NCBI GenBank assembly: GCA_002269645.1
Contig: NIVC01000890.1
Span: 1 to 64,000 of the forward strand
Direction of reading: 5' to 3'
DNA length: 64,000 bases
Source of the DNA: Macrostomum lignano
Lineage: Eukaryota
The notes under the pieces are model-generated. The model was not told where the DNA came from. It did no database searches and saw only the letters and a program-made list of their open reading frames with translations. The number at the start of each line of letters is the position of its first letter. The first letter of the stretch is position 1. This document shows, piece after piece, positions 49,801 to 60,783 of this stretch. Position numbers and translations under genes: made by a program.

Positions 49801-51847
49801 AATCTATCAATATTAACAAATGATTGAAGCAACACAATGGATTGCTAATCTATCAATATTAACAAATGATTCAAGCAACACAATGGATTGCTAATCTATC
49901 AATATTAACATTCAAGCAACACAATGGATTGCTAATCTATCAATATTAACATTCAAGCAACACAATGGATTGCTAATCTATCACTCACCGAGGGACTGTT
50001 GGGCAGCCAGCCCATATCCAGCATGATCGGTACAGCGTCCTGGTATTCCCGCCTAACCATGAGGTAGTCGAGCTGGAACCGGAAGATATCGCCCTCGTAG
50101 CAGTACACATAGGTGGCGTACTGAAACGCGTACACATTGAAGAATGGCAGCATTTTCTCGGCTTTTTTCTTTTCGTAGGCTTTTGCTGAAGCGAAATCCG
50201 ACTGCGGCTGGCCTTGCCTCGGCTGTCGGTTCTCCCGACGGTTGATCATCTTCGGGGTGCGCGGCAGGACACCTTTAGAGTGCACGCGTACTAATAGACT
50301 GAGAGCGGTTGTCTGCTTCAGGTAGATTAGGACACCGATGCTGGTCAGGTAGAGCACGACTCGGTCTGACAGGGGATTTTGGGGAGTTGTGACTTGGGAG
50401 TTTGTGAGGAACTCTACCCAACTACATAGTCTCTTCTTGCTGCAACCTTGCTGTCCTTGCCATCGTCAAGTTTCTTCATTGATTCCCATTTTTATTCCCT
50501 CTCTTCGATCCTACTTTTAACTCCCTGATCCTCTTCCCCCCTACTGATCCTCTTCCCCTATCCTGATCCTCTTCCCCTATCCTAATCCTCTTCCCCTATC
50601 CTGATCCTCTTTCCCTATCCTAATCCTCTTCCCCTATCCTGATCCTCTTCCCCTCTCCCCGATTTTCTCTCCCCCCTACCTGATCCTCTTCCCCTCTCCC
50701 GATTTTCTCTTCCCCTATCCTGACCCTCTTTCCCTCTCCCTGATCCTCTTCCCCTCTCCCCGATTTTCTCTCCCCCTCCCTGATCCTCTTCCCTCTCCCC
50801 GATCCTCTTCCCCCCTCCCTGATCCTCTTCCCCTCTCCCCGATTTTCTCTCCCCCTACCTGATCCTCTTCCCCTCTCCCCGATTTTCTCTTCCCCTATCC
50901 TGACCCTCTTTCCCTCTCCCTGATCCTCTTCCCCTCTCCCTGATCCTCTTCCCCTCTCCCTGATCCTCTTCCCCTCTCCCCGATTTTCTCTCCCCCTCCC
51001 TGATCCTCTTCCCCTCTCCCCGATCCTCTTCCCCCCTCCCTGATCCTCTTCCCCTCTCCCCGATTTTCTCTCCCCCTCCCTGACCTTCTTCCTCTATCCT
51101 GACCCTCTTCCCCTATCCTGATCCTCTTCCCCTATCCTGATCCTCTTCCCCTATCCTGACCCTCTTTCCCTCTCCCCGATCCTCTTCCCCTCTCCCTGAT
51201 CCTCTTCCCCTCTCCCTGATCCTCTTCCCCTCTCCCCGATTTTCTCTCCCCCTCCCTGATCCTCTTCCCCTTTCCCCGATCCTCTTCCCCTCTCCCTGAT
51301 CCTCCCTCCTTCTCCCTGATCTCCAGTAACCAAACGGTATTTGAATCCCTCGCTGCAACATAAGCAAGTCCTACTCACTGTGAAAGCAAGGCAAATCCGT
51401 GCACTTGCTCCTGAAGTACAACTGAGGATCGTCCAGGATCTGATAGTACCTGTCATCCCTGAGCATAGCTCTCAGGTGCACCCGGTTCAATAAGCGAGTC
51501 ATCCTGGTATGATTCGAGTCCAGCAAAATTGACAACAAAGTTGACGTCTCGGCCGAGTTAAAGCTGAAATACTCCGGCAAAGCAACGGTCGGATGGGTCT
51601 CGATCGCGTCGAGAACGAGGCCGTTGTCTAGGAAATCTTCGCAAGCCGGCGGCAACAGCTGGTCAACCGGATTCAAGTCGCGAAACACCGGGTGCCGGAC
51701 CCTGCGAACCCGATCATGCATCTTGGTTTTGGCCTCCTTGATCTGCTCAACTTCGTGCTTGATCTGTTGACGAATTTCGGTCAGATGGCTCTGCGGTCGG
51801 CCTTGCGAAGCCTGTTGGCAGCTGCTGCTATTGTTGCTTGTCGCCAT
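34888..51847 (-). CDS. Uncharacterised multi-exon protein; 3' part of the model uncertain and truncated by the gap
   Basis: Phase-consistent exons 51847-51379, 50365-49989 and 38250-37936, then about 36862-36404 and about 35340-34888, whose donor sites and frames are ambiguous. Coding-like, GC-rich blocks lie between satellite-filled introns. No family recognised. Confidence 0.7.
35351..36392. repeat. 28-bp minisatellite (gttttgacagtcccaactattagtcccg)
   Basis: About 35 units, interrupted by a unique insert at about 36193-36253. Confidence 0.95.
36875..37815. repeat. 17-bp minisatellite (aggataataggggagag) with purine-rich flanks, intronic
   Basis: Read directly. Confidence 0.95.
38325..39368. 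repeat. 46-bp satellite, left arm (aatctatcaatattaacaaatgattgaagcaatgcaatggattgct)
   Basis: Period of 46 measured; the array is cut mid-unit at 39368 by the transposon. Confidence 0.97.
40045..44194 (+). CDS. Spliced accessory gene of the EnSpm-like element, about 390 aa, with a putative C-terminal BEN-like helical domain
   Basis: Phase-consistent exons 40045-40242, 42651-43215, 43372-43466, 43684-43873, 44070-44194, ending ...SKFIRAYASARYGVEYVQSHVFG...WTAVKDSLNRLGPESTFRKRKAGD*. The BEN assignment is by resemblance only. Confidence 0.75.
40806..42055 (-). mobile_element. mariner (DD34D) element, 1250 bp
   Basis: 30-bp TIRs with 2 mismatches (ttgggctgttaggaaaattctgtccgtttt) and TA flanks at 40804-05 and 42056-57. 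Confidence 0.95.
40880..41911 (-). pseudogene. mariner transposase with one in-frame stop (TAG at 41320-41318)
   Basis: Motifs WTPHDL, LTGDEKW, FLHDNARPH and YSPDLAPTDYHLF. The two ORF-track pieces are in the same frame, separated only by KVMLCCW*DSEG, where WW is expected. Confidence 0.92.
44655..47051 (+). CDS. EnSpm/CACTA-type DDE transposase, 798 aa, uninterrupted
   Basis: Motifs LSADGANFF..SVWP, FTCDLPA, FNGQFACPRC, VDSMHCLWEG and LNFHLLYHLPDQYERFGPL..SMFPFES (Tnp2/Transposase_21 plus DUF4218-like pattern). The N-terminus has a 24-bp x3 SSESLSSG repeat. Confidence 0.92.
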   Translation: MSSSSESLSSGSSESLSSGSSESLSSGSSYVSMSVDSSTHSIDTSMGEYSDSSSSAAIQANVGEQPTIAIPADDENEVQAAGPSDIEHPEIFSADEDSNLLSVFCIQGISMEVKCALLMLWMILSNVSKKAVKNMLRLISILSPRAALPTSYKAMEAVLLRSFILKPDFVVKVCLACLLINCSEHPVDSFEGLWLLNVNHQVELTVERHLNDILSYQRELRRGFQTDILNSAVSNELETGSSPDIFHLYFLLSADGANFFKVSEMSVWPFCALCLNLPVRLRQKFVNIITIALFTNRGKPNFEKFLPTILNRLPSCVKVRNVTFFLHFSFFTCDLPALSHLFGIKQFNGQFACPRCILPGKSLKVSEKGQVRVFPAVHGIPLRTNAMHAQHLTVLKAQGLKDYFGIKRETALLKIIRFPENFIVDSMHCLWEGQVKHILAFLTDSKTKSCNPNHYRVLGSASVNVIDSQIMQLKLPQGISNVPPISQLSLWKAKTYKIFALYLFPSILLPRIENPELRGLLLLLNSIYNLLYSQNSCVSTLKRLCNMFLNLCPEFFGERVMLLNFHLLYHLPDQYERFGPLYCASMFPFESAMHGFNMLHFGSRFHGKQISEKFFWLKVLLYSLQPAAGSNPSISDALLVIAKHYCNPPERENRTLGASGGKILTTTSADCTLKTCSSYVLDVSNSYFAINHFADSKIFGSFLTPQCRLIDLLFNAVPDFTNIGASASEQAIFLAFFTSDVPLRNMLIFTSQEPTRENYNCIRLTDVAARCIRVDVNFPNLPSGSFCLVPLLEECEHD
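48052..49982. repeat. 46-bp satellite, right arm
   Basis: Same unit as 38325-39368; ends 6-8 nt from the donor at 49988. Confidence 0.97.
50520..51315. repeat. Pyrimidine-rich 20-21 bp minisatellite (cctgatcctcttcccctctc), intronic
   Basis: Read directly. Confidence 0.93.
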
Positions 51848-52178
51848 GCCGACTGGATGTTCTGATGTTTCTTTATTGCCAAGAGAAAACAACTAAGAAT
51901 TTTTTCGTTCAACGATTACGTTGCTTCTATAGTTTTCTCGGCAATCTCTACTTGGCAATATAAAAGTCCACGTTGTTCGGATGTTTAACCATAGACAAAA
52001 GTTTACGAGCGCATCGCAGCTAATCTCAGTTCGAGCGAGTGCCAACTGCATTCTACGGTAATCATGTCAGGAGCGACTGAAGAGACCGACCGACTGACTA
52101 GCGGATTGGGACTAGACTACTAAGAAACTAAGGACGTAGAACTTAGCATTCGTAGGATTTTTTTTCAAGGCCTGCAGT

Positions 52179-52698
<520 letters not shown>

Positions 52699-52699
52699 A

Positions 52700-53170
52700 C
52701 ACTCAGCGACATTAAAAAGTCTCCACCCTTGCGCCATGGGTCAATGGGCAGCACGATCGATGGTTTCGCCAATTGGTTTTGGGCCATAGACAAATGAGCA
52801 AAAAAGGGCAGGAAAGTAAAGACCTATATCTGGTGTCACAGGGAAAAGCTTTACAGTAACGAGTGTACAGGAGCATACTGGAGGCATCTGGACGCAGGTG
52901 ACAGCGATAGCCCGCTAAATGACTGATTGGCGCACTCTGCGTTGGCCGTCCAGATCACCGGATATGAACCCGATTAAGCACGCGTGGGATTTCCTAAAGC
53001 GCACGATTCGGTGCAACAATTTCTATCCCCCCAGAACATGGTCCAGCTGCACAATGCGCTTTAAGTCGCGTGGCAACAGCTTCCACAAGACTTTCTGCGG
53101 CGCCTTGCTCGGGAATGCCTCGACGAGTGAGCGGTCTGTTGGACGCTGGTGGTTGCTATACCCTGTTCTG
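52700..53170 (+). mobile_element. Degenerate Tc1-like transposon fragment
   Basis: WPSRSPDMNPIKHAWDFLK resembles the Tc1 WPxxSPDLNPIExxW motif. Begins TA|CACTCAGCGAC; boundaries uncertain. Confidence 0.6.
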
Positions 53171-53519
53171 TGCTTTAGACACGTACACAGCGTGGAAATG
53201 GGCATGCACTTGTTTCGCTGTTCATTAGTTGTTGCCTTATTTTGATGGTCTATGGCTCAAACAGTTAAAAACCTTTCAATCCCTAATCGTTCAGCTAGTG
53301 TAGCCTTTTGTGCAGACGTGCACACTTTTCATTGTACCCTTTTGTCTATGGTTTTCGGCAGTGATCCTCTCGGCAACAATTCAATTGTTTTCCGGCTGTT
53401 AGTACATTAATACCCATGCTTTAAGGGCGTTAATGGGAAAATCAGAGGGCGCAGCCCTCGTATTAATGCCATTTCGGCCCTCGGAAACATAGGAAGCTGC
53501 ACACTTCTGTCATCGGCTG

Positions 53520-54130
53520 TGCATGTCGACAACGCACGTCCCACATGGCCAAGAAAACGAGACGATCGAGCAGGCAAATTTTGTGCTGCTCTCTCTGCCA
53601 CTCTACTCTCCGTATTTGTTAACAGCTGACTTTGCCTTCTTTCCAAAGAGGAAGAAGCTGCTGCATGGACAAATCTTTGCTTGTCGTGGGAGCCTGGAAG
53701 CATTGACTCGCCAAGTTCTCCTTCATGAAATGCCGCGCTCAGATTTTGCTGATTGAAGACATTGACGACATGCACAGCCGATGGCAGAAGTGTGCAGCGC
53801 ACCCAGTGGTGACTATTTGGAGAAGCCTCAGGACAATGTTGATTAACTTTTAAATGTTCTTTCCTCAGCTTTCATGTTGCGGATGTTGTTTTGTTGATTC
53901 GTTGAATGTTTCGTTGCTTCGTGCATCAGGTAAGCTTTGGTCTATGGCAATTTGTAAAAGTAGCACAGGGGGTGGGGCAGAAAAGTGCTCATATCTCAAG
54001 AATGCCAACAGATACAGAAATAAACAGAAAGTCATTTTAACGGGCAGATAATTCTCTTTTCAACTTTTATATGATCGGTCAGAAAAGGCTGTAGTGAAGA
54101 AAGTGCACCGACTTTTGGGACACCCCTCAT
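53520..54130 (+). mobile_element. Degenerate mariner-like fragment
   Basis: LPLYSPYLLTADFAFFPKRKKLLHG resembles PPYSPDLAPxDFxLFPxLKxxLxG; TIR-like end gacttttgggacacccctcaTA at about 54110-54131. Confidence 0.55.
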
Positions 54131-54539
54131 AGTTCAGAAACTCATAGAATTTAAGGCTTTGTTATTTATTGTTAACCGAATGGCAACGTAGCAACACGAA
54201 TTTCAATAAATATCGGTAGAAATATTCAAGTCCAAAACCCGAAATGATTGTTTTACTGGCCTCATATCCAGCTTTAATACTTTGTTTCGCTGTAAATGTT
54301 TTATTAACGAGTTTATTTCAAGCGAAAATGATTTTAAAGTCATGTTATGTACAAAATGTTTTATAAGTATTTTACGTATCTTATTTTACAATGACAATAA
54401 ATACTTTGTCGACCAAATAGAAACTGCAAATTTAGCTATTGCAAATTGACTTCAGTGATTCATGACAAATCGCATTTATTGCGTGCCTCACATCATACTG
54501 TACTTACTCTTGATCTATGAGGCGGTGCCCCAGAATCTG

Positions 54540-54872
54540 AGGATCTGAGAGGCTGGCCCAGCAACTGATGATCTGGGAGGCTGGCCCAGCAACTGAGGAT
54601 CTGGGAGGCTGGCCCAGCAACTGAGGATCTGGGAGGCTGGCCCAGCAACTGAGGATCTGGGAGGCTGGCCCAGCAACTGAGGATCTGGGAGGCTGGTCCA
54701 GCAACTGAGGATCTGGGAGGCTGGTCCAGCAACTGAGGATCTGGGAGGCTGGCCCAGCAACTGAGGATCTGGGAGGCTGGCCCAGCAACTGAGGATCTGG
54801 GAGGCTGGTCCAGCAACTGAGGATCTGGGAGGCTGGTCCAGCAACTGAGGATCTGGGAGGCTGGCCCAGCAA
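54540..54872. repeat. 28-bp minisatellite (ggcccagcaactgaggatctgggaggct) x about 12
   Basis: Starts about 70 nt downstream of the hnRNP L-like stop; related to the 26-bp array at 58283-60783. Confidence 0.95.
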
Positions 54873-54939
54873 CTCGACCTTCCCCGTTTTGCTTTTCATT
54901 CCAAAGCCAGATGGCAACAATAGAAAGCCCCCAACGATC

Positions 54940-57900
54940 TCAAGCGGCAGCCCCACCAGCAGTCCCTGATAGAATAGCAGAATCGCTAAAGTTCAGCTTC
55001 AACAAATGCTGCTGCTGGCGTTGCTGCAGCTTCTGCTCCGCATCCTTGCCAGTGACGGTAGCCGACTCCTCCTCAGCAGCAGCGGTTGGCACCGGCAGGT
55101 GATTAGCCAGACACACGGCTCTAACAGCTGCATCTCGACTAGAGAACTCCGCTAATCCGGCTACAAACTTTGCTCCGCCGCCGCCGCTATTGCCGAATCG
55201 AACCAATCGGACGGGCCTCTCGGCGCCGCACTGGCCAAACAGATCGGACAGATTGGCATCCGTGACGCCGTTTGGCAGATTAAAAAAGTGCAACGTAGCC
55301 GACGGAGAGCACAGACGATTTCGTCTGGCCTTGCCGGCCACCACGAACCGGTTGTTCTTGCTGCCCGTGTAGTCGGCGTAGGCCGGGCTGCCGTCCGGCA
55401 GGGTGTCCACGCTCCGGTGCTTGATGACGCTGTCCTGTCGGCATGGCAACGCCGTTAATCTCCGACCGAACAGCGGACAACCAGACAGATGGCGGAGAGC
55501 GGCCGAACAGTCCGCTGGCTGGCCGAACTCGGCCATAACAGTGTCCGGACGGTTGCGTAGGAATTTCAATCGGAGCACGTTGCCATAGAGACAGAGAAGG
55601 TTAAATAAACGCTGACAATTGACTAGATTGCGAGGCACGTTGCGCAATAGGAGACAGCGATGGGTGCAGCTTCCAGTGCTTGGCTGCGGCTCTTCTGACT
55701 GCTGCTGCAGCTGCGGAGTCTGATGAGCGCTAGCCTGATGAAGCTGGAAGCTGCTTGCCGAAGGTTCAACGTTGTTTGGAGCCAGTGTTGAATACAGGTC
55801 GGCCTAAAACAGGGGGATAGAGAAGAGATGAATTGAAACTATCCCGGGTTTGATTCCACAATCATTACGGAGTTATGAAGGAAAATTTGACCTAGGGAAC
55901 TGCCGTGCGATTTATACCAAAGAGAGCCAAGACTCGAGGGTTTTAATTCCCCACCTGCCACAGTCTTCATTCCCCACCTGCCACAGTCTTCATTCCCCAC
56001 CTGCCGCAGTCTTCATTCCCCACCTGCCACAGTCTTCATTCCCCACCTGCCGCAGTCTTCATTCCCCACCTGCCGCAGTCTTCATTCCCCACCTGCCACA
56101 GTCTTCATTCCCCACCTGCCGCAGTCTTCATTCCCCACCTGCCACAGTCTTCATTCCCCACCTGCCGCAGTCTTCATTCCCCACCTGCCACAGTCTTCAT
56201 TCCCCAACTGCCACAGTCTTCATTCCCCAACTGCCACAGTCTTCATTCCCCAACTGCCACAGTCTTCATTCCCCACCTGCCACAGTCTTCATGTGGATTC
56301 ACAGCCATGAGAGCCAGCCCCCAAGGCACAGAGAGTGCACATGCCTGACGATTGGAAGTCAAAGGGCCGCTGTACACCCCGTGTGAGCATCTGTATGAGT
56401 GCGTGTCTGCGTACAGTATTAGCGCACAGGCAAATATTGGAAAAGTGCAACAGAAAGAACTCACAGCAGCAGTTTGTACTGCCCTATCGCATCGGGCAAA
56501 TGCTGGCACCAAGCCAGCCGACCAGTCCAATAGGCAAGCTCTGTAGGGGGCATCTGGCGCCTCAAGCAATTCGGCACTGTAGTGACAGGCGTCGTTAGTA
56601 ACGCCTGGACTGAAGCGGATTTCCGTTTGATTGGAATAGCTGGCCCGAATCCGGTGCGATTCCTGGAACAGTTGGGCGCCGTTAAGGTGGCGCTTGGCGC
56701 GCGTGGCCTCCTCCTGGCTGGAGTACTCGACAAGGGCCTGCAGGGGTGGGGGCAGGGTGGCAAAGCGGCTTTAGTTATATTTCCTGCTCTTAACTGGTTA
56801 TTGTTTATTCATGCATGATATGGATGAAAATAGGAAGAAGAATGAGGTGAGGAAGAATAAAGGAAAGTTATGGAGCAGGATATAGGGGATTTGGGGAGCA
56901 GGATATAGAGGATTTGGGGAGCAGGATATAGGGGATTTGGGGAGCAGGATATAGGGGATTTGGGGAGCAGGATATAGGGGATTTGGGGAGCAGGATATAG
57001 GGGATTTGGGGAGCAGGATATAGGGGATTTGGGGAGCAGGATATAGGGGATTTGGGGAGCAGGATATAGGAAATTCGGGGAGAAGGATATAGGGGATTTA
57101 AAGAGCAGGATATATGGAATTTGGGGAGCAGGATATGGGGGTTTTGGGAGCAGGATATAGTTTTGGTAAGCAGGATTATACAATTGGGGATCAATTAGGG
57201 ACAGTTATAATAACTCTCTATAGCACACAGTGAAGCAATCCAAACGCAACATAAACACAATTATATCAACACTCACGTGAACGCACATGTCGGCCACGTG
57301 GTCCCGGCGCATGACCAGCAGTCGAGTGATTCGGCCAAACTGGCTAGCCGCCTGACGCAACAGCTGGGCGGTGACCGGCGGCCCGCCAGCGGCCAGATCA
57401 GTGAGCACCAGCAGGAGGACCCGGGATCTCCGGCCGCCGTCCAGAGCTCCGGCATGATCGATGCCCGGCTGTCGGCAGTACTGAAGTCGAAGACGTTGGC
57501 CGTGCACCGTCGGCGGTCGCTGATTGCCGCGACTAGCCGCCACTGCAGTCTGCGCAGCCAGGATGTCGTTGAACTGGACGTAGGCCGTAGCCCGGCTGGG
57601 CAGGACGACAATGTCGCGAATAACGCCGAAAGATGACAGACTGTGCAGCAGGGCGGCTTCGGTGGTGTTGGGCGCCAAATTACTGACGTGAACAACTGGC
57701 GACTGGTGCAGATCGGATGCGAGAATAGGCGAAAGCTCTGGCTCACTGGTTGCTATGGTAACTCGTTTGTTGCTATGCTGGTCGATTGGCTGCTGCTGCT
57801 GCTGACTGGTACGGTGATAGCCAAACTGATTAACGGGATGGCTATCCAACTGGTTGCCATGGAGACTATTGGCATGATAGCTCGGCTGGTTGCTATGCTG

Positions 57901-58207
57901 ATCGCGTTGGTTGCTATGCCGCAAATGATTATGATGATCGTAGTCTGTGCTTAGCAGATTCTGTCTATAGGCGTCGACAGCGGTTGGAACTGATTGGCAG
58001 GGACGCTGCAAAGGTACGATGTGAATTACTCGTAGAACCGATTTGCGAAGGCAAGACTTAAAAAATTAGGGCTATTTTGTCTGTAAGAAATCAAAGAGAA
58101 CAAACCTTAGCATTCGGCCACTGTCCAACAGAAGTCCAATGACCAGCGTTAGCAGCTGGCATAGCGGAGGCGATGCCATTTGAATATGGAACTGATGGAC
58201 GTTTCAT
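54940..58207 (-). CDS. HNRNPL: hnRNP L-like (PTB/hnRNP L family) four-RRM RNA-binding protein, about 655 aa
   Basis: Exons 58207-58106, 58005-57277, 56737-56465, 55803-54940 (all phase 0). RRM1 SPVVHVSNL...AYVQF; RRM2 ALVEYSSQEEATRAKRHLNGA; RRM3/4 LPDGSPAYADYTGSKNNRF...SPSATLHFFNLP, matching the hnRNP L signature. Confidence 0.88.
55945..56290. repeat. 23-bp minisatellite (ccacagtcttcattccccacctg), intronic
   Basis: About 14 units. Confidence 0.95.
56319..56416 (+). mobile_element. Short dispersed repeat (SINE-like fragment), copy 2
   Basis: Inverted homolog of 33789-33883. Confidence 0.6.
56870..57170. repeat. 23-bp minisatellite (ggagcaggatataggggatttgg), intronic
   Basis: About 12 units. 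Confidence 0.93.
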
Positions 58208-58282
58208 GCTGCAATTTTGGCAGTGCAATAAACGTATAGCGACTATCATCGATTGGTGATACACTATGGAATTGAAGAGTTA

Positions 58283-60783
58283 GCCCAGCAACTGAGGATC
58301 TGGAAGTGGCCCAGCAACTGAGGATCTGGAAGTGGCCCAGCAACTGAGGATCTGGAAGTGGCCCAGCAACTGAGGATCTGGAAGTGGCCCAGCAACTGAG
58401 GATCTGGAAGTGGCCCAGCAACTGAGGATCTGGAAGTGGCCCAGCAACTGAGGATCTGGAAGTGGCCCAGCAACTGAGGATCTGGAAGTGGCCCAGCAAC
58501 TGAGGATCTGGAAGTGGCCCAGCAACTGAGGATCTGGAAGTGGCCCAGCAACTGGGGATCTGAGAGGCTGGCCCAGCAACTGGGGATCTGGGAGGCTGGC
58601 CCAGCAACTGAGGATCTGGAAGTGGCCCAGCAACTGAGGATCTGAAAGTGGCCCAGCAACTGAGGATCTGGAAGTGGCCCAGCAACTGAGGATCTGGAAG
58701 TGGCCCAGCAACTGAGGATCTGGAAGTGGCCCAGCAACTGAGGATCTGAAAGTGGCCCAGCAACTGAGGATCTGGAAGTGGCCCAGCAACTAAGGATCTG
58801 GAAGTGGCCCAGCAACTGAGGATCTGAAAGTGGCCCAGCAACTGGGGATCTGAGAGGCTGGCCCAGCAACTGGGGATCTGGGAGGCTGGCCCAGCAACTG
58901 AGGATCTGGAAGTGGCCCAGCAACTGAGGATCTGAAAGTGGCCCAGCAACTGAGGATCTGGAAGTGGCCCAGCAACTGAGGATCTGGAAGTGGCCCAGCA
59001 ACTGAGGATCTGAAAGTGGCCCAGCAACTGAGGATCTGAAAGTGGCCCAGCAACTGAGGATCTGGAAGTGGCCCAGCAACTAAGGATCTGGAAGTGGCCC
59101 AGCAACTGAGGATCTGAAAGTGGCCCAGCAACTGAGGATCTGGAAGTGGCCCAGCAACTGAGGATCTGGAAGTGGCCCAGCAACTGAGGATCTGAAAGTG
59201 GCCCAGCAACTGAGGATCTGGAAGTGGCCCAGCAACTGGGGATCTGAGAGGCTGGCCCAGCAACTGGGGATCTGGGAGGCTGGCCCAGCAACTGAGGATC
59301 TGGAAGTGGCCCAGCAACTGAGGATCTGGAAGTGGCCCAGCAACTGAGGATCTGGAAGTGGCCCAGCAACTGAGGATCTGGAAGTGGCCCAGCAACTGAG
59401 GATCTGGAAGTGGCCCAGCAACTGAGGATCTGGAAGTGGCCCAGCAACTGAGGATCTGGAAGTGGCCCAGCAACTGAGGATCTGGAAGTGGCCCAGCAAC
59501 TGAGGATCTGGAAGTGGCCCAGCAACTGAGGATCTGGAAGTGGCCCAGCAACTGAGGATCTGGAAGTGGCCCAGCAACTGGGATCTGAGAGGCTGGCCCA
59601 GCAACTGGGGATCTGGGAGGCTGGCCCAGCAACTGAGGATCTGGAAGTGGCCCAGCAACTGAGGATCTGAAAGTGGCCCAGCAACTGAGGATCTGGAAGT
59701 GGCCCAGCAACTGAGGATCTGGAAGTGGCCCAGCAACTGAGGATCTGGAAGTGGCCCAGCAACTGAGGATCTGAAAGTGGCCCAGCAACTGAGGATCTGG
59801 AAGTGGCCCAGCAACTAAGGATCTGGAAGTGGCCCAGCAACTGAGGATCTGAAAGTGGCCCAGCAACTGAGGATCTGGAAGTGGCCCAGCAACTGAGGAT
59901 CTGAAAGTGGCCCAGCAACTGAGGATCTGGAAGTGGCCCAGCAACTGAGGATCTGAAAGTGGCCCAGCAACTAAGGATCTGGAAGTGGCCCAGCAACTGA
60001 GGATCTGAAAGTGGCCCAGCAACTGAGGATCTGGAAGTGGCCCAGCAACTGAGGATCTGAAAGTGGCCCAGCAACTAAGGATCTGGAAGTGGCCCAGCAA
60101 CTGAGGATCTGGAAGTGGCCCAGCAACTGAGGATCTGGAAGTGGCCCAGCAACTGAGGATCTGGAAGTGGCCCAGCAACTGAGGATCGAGAAGTGGCCCA
60201 GCAACTGAGGATCTGGAAGTGGCCCAGCAACTGAGGATCGGGAAGTGGCCCAGCAAATGAGGATCTGGAAGTGGCCCAGCAACTGAGGATCTGGAAGTGG
60301 CCCAGCAATTGAGGATCTGGAGTGGCCCAGTAACTGAGGATCTGGAGTGGCCCAGCAACTGAGGATCGAGAAGTGGCCCAGCAACTGAGGATCTGGAAGT
60401 GGCCCAGCAACTGAGGATCGGGAAGTGGCCCAGCAAATGAGGATCTGGAAGTGGCCCAGCAACTGAGGATCTGGAAGTGGCCCAGCAATTGAGGATCTGG
60501 AGTGGCCCAGCAACTGAGGATCTGGAGTGGCCCAGCAACTGAGGATCGAGAAGTGGCCCAGCAACTGAGGATCTGGAAGTGGCCCAGCAACTGAGGATCG
60601 GGAAGTGGCCCAGCAAATGAGGATCTGGAAGTGGCCCAGCAACTGAGGATCGGGAAGTGGCCCAGCAACTGAGGATCGGGAAGTGGCCCAGCAACTGAGG
60701 ATCGGGAAGTGGCCCAGCAATTGAGGATCTGGAGTGGCCCAGCAACTGAGGATCGGGAAGTGGCCCAGCAACTAAGGATCTGG
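58283..60783. repeat. 26-bp minisatellite (ggcccagcaactgaggatctggaagt), about 96 units
   Basis: Read directly; contains interspersed 28-bp variants. Confidence 0.97.

Noticed and set aside
38325-49982. 46-bp repeats resembling a CRISPR array
   Set aside because: The units are head-to-tail with no unique spacers, there are no cas genes, and the context is a eukaryotic intron.
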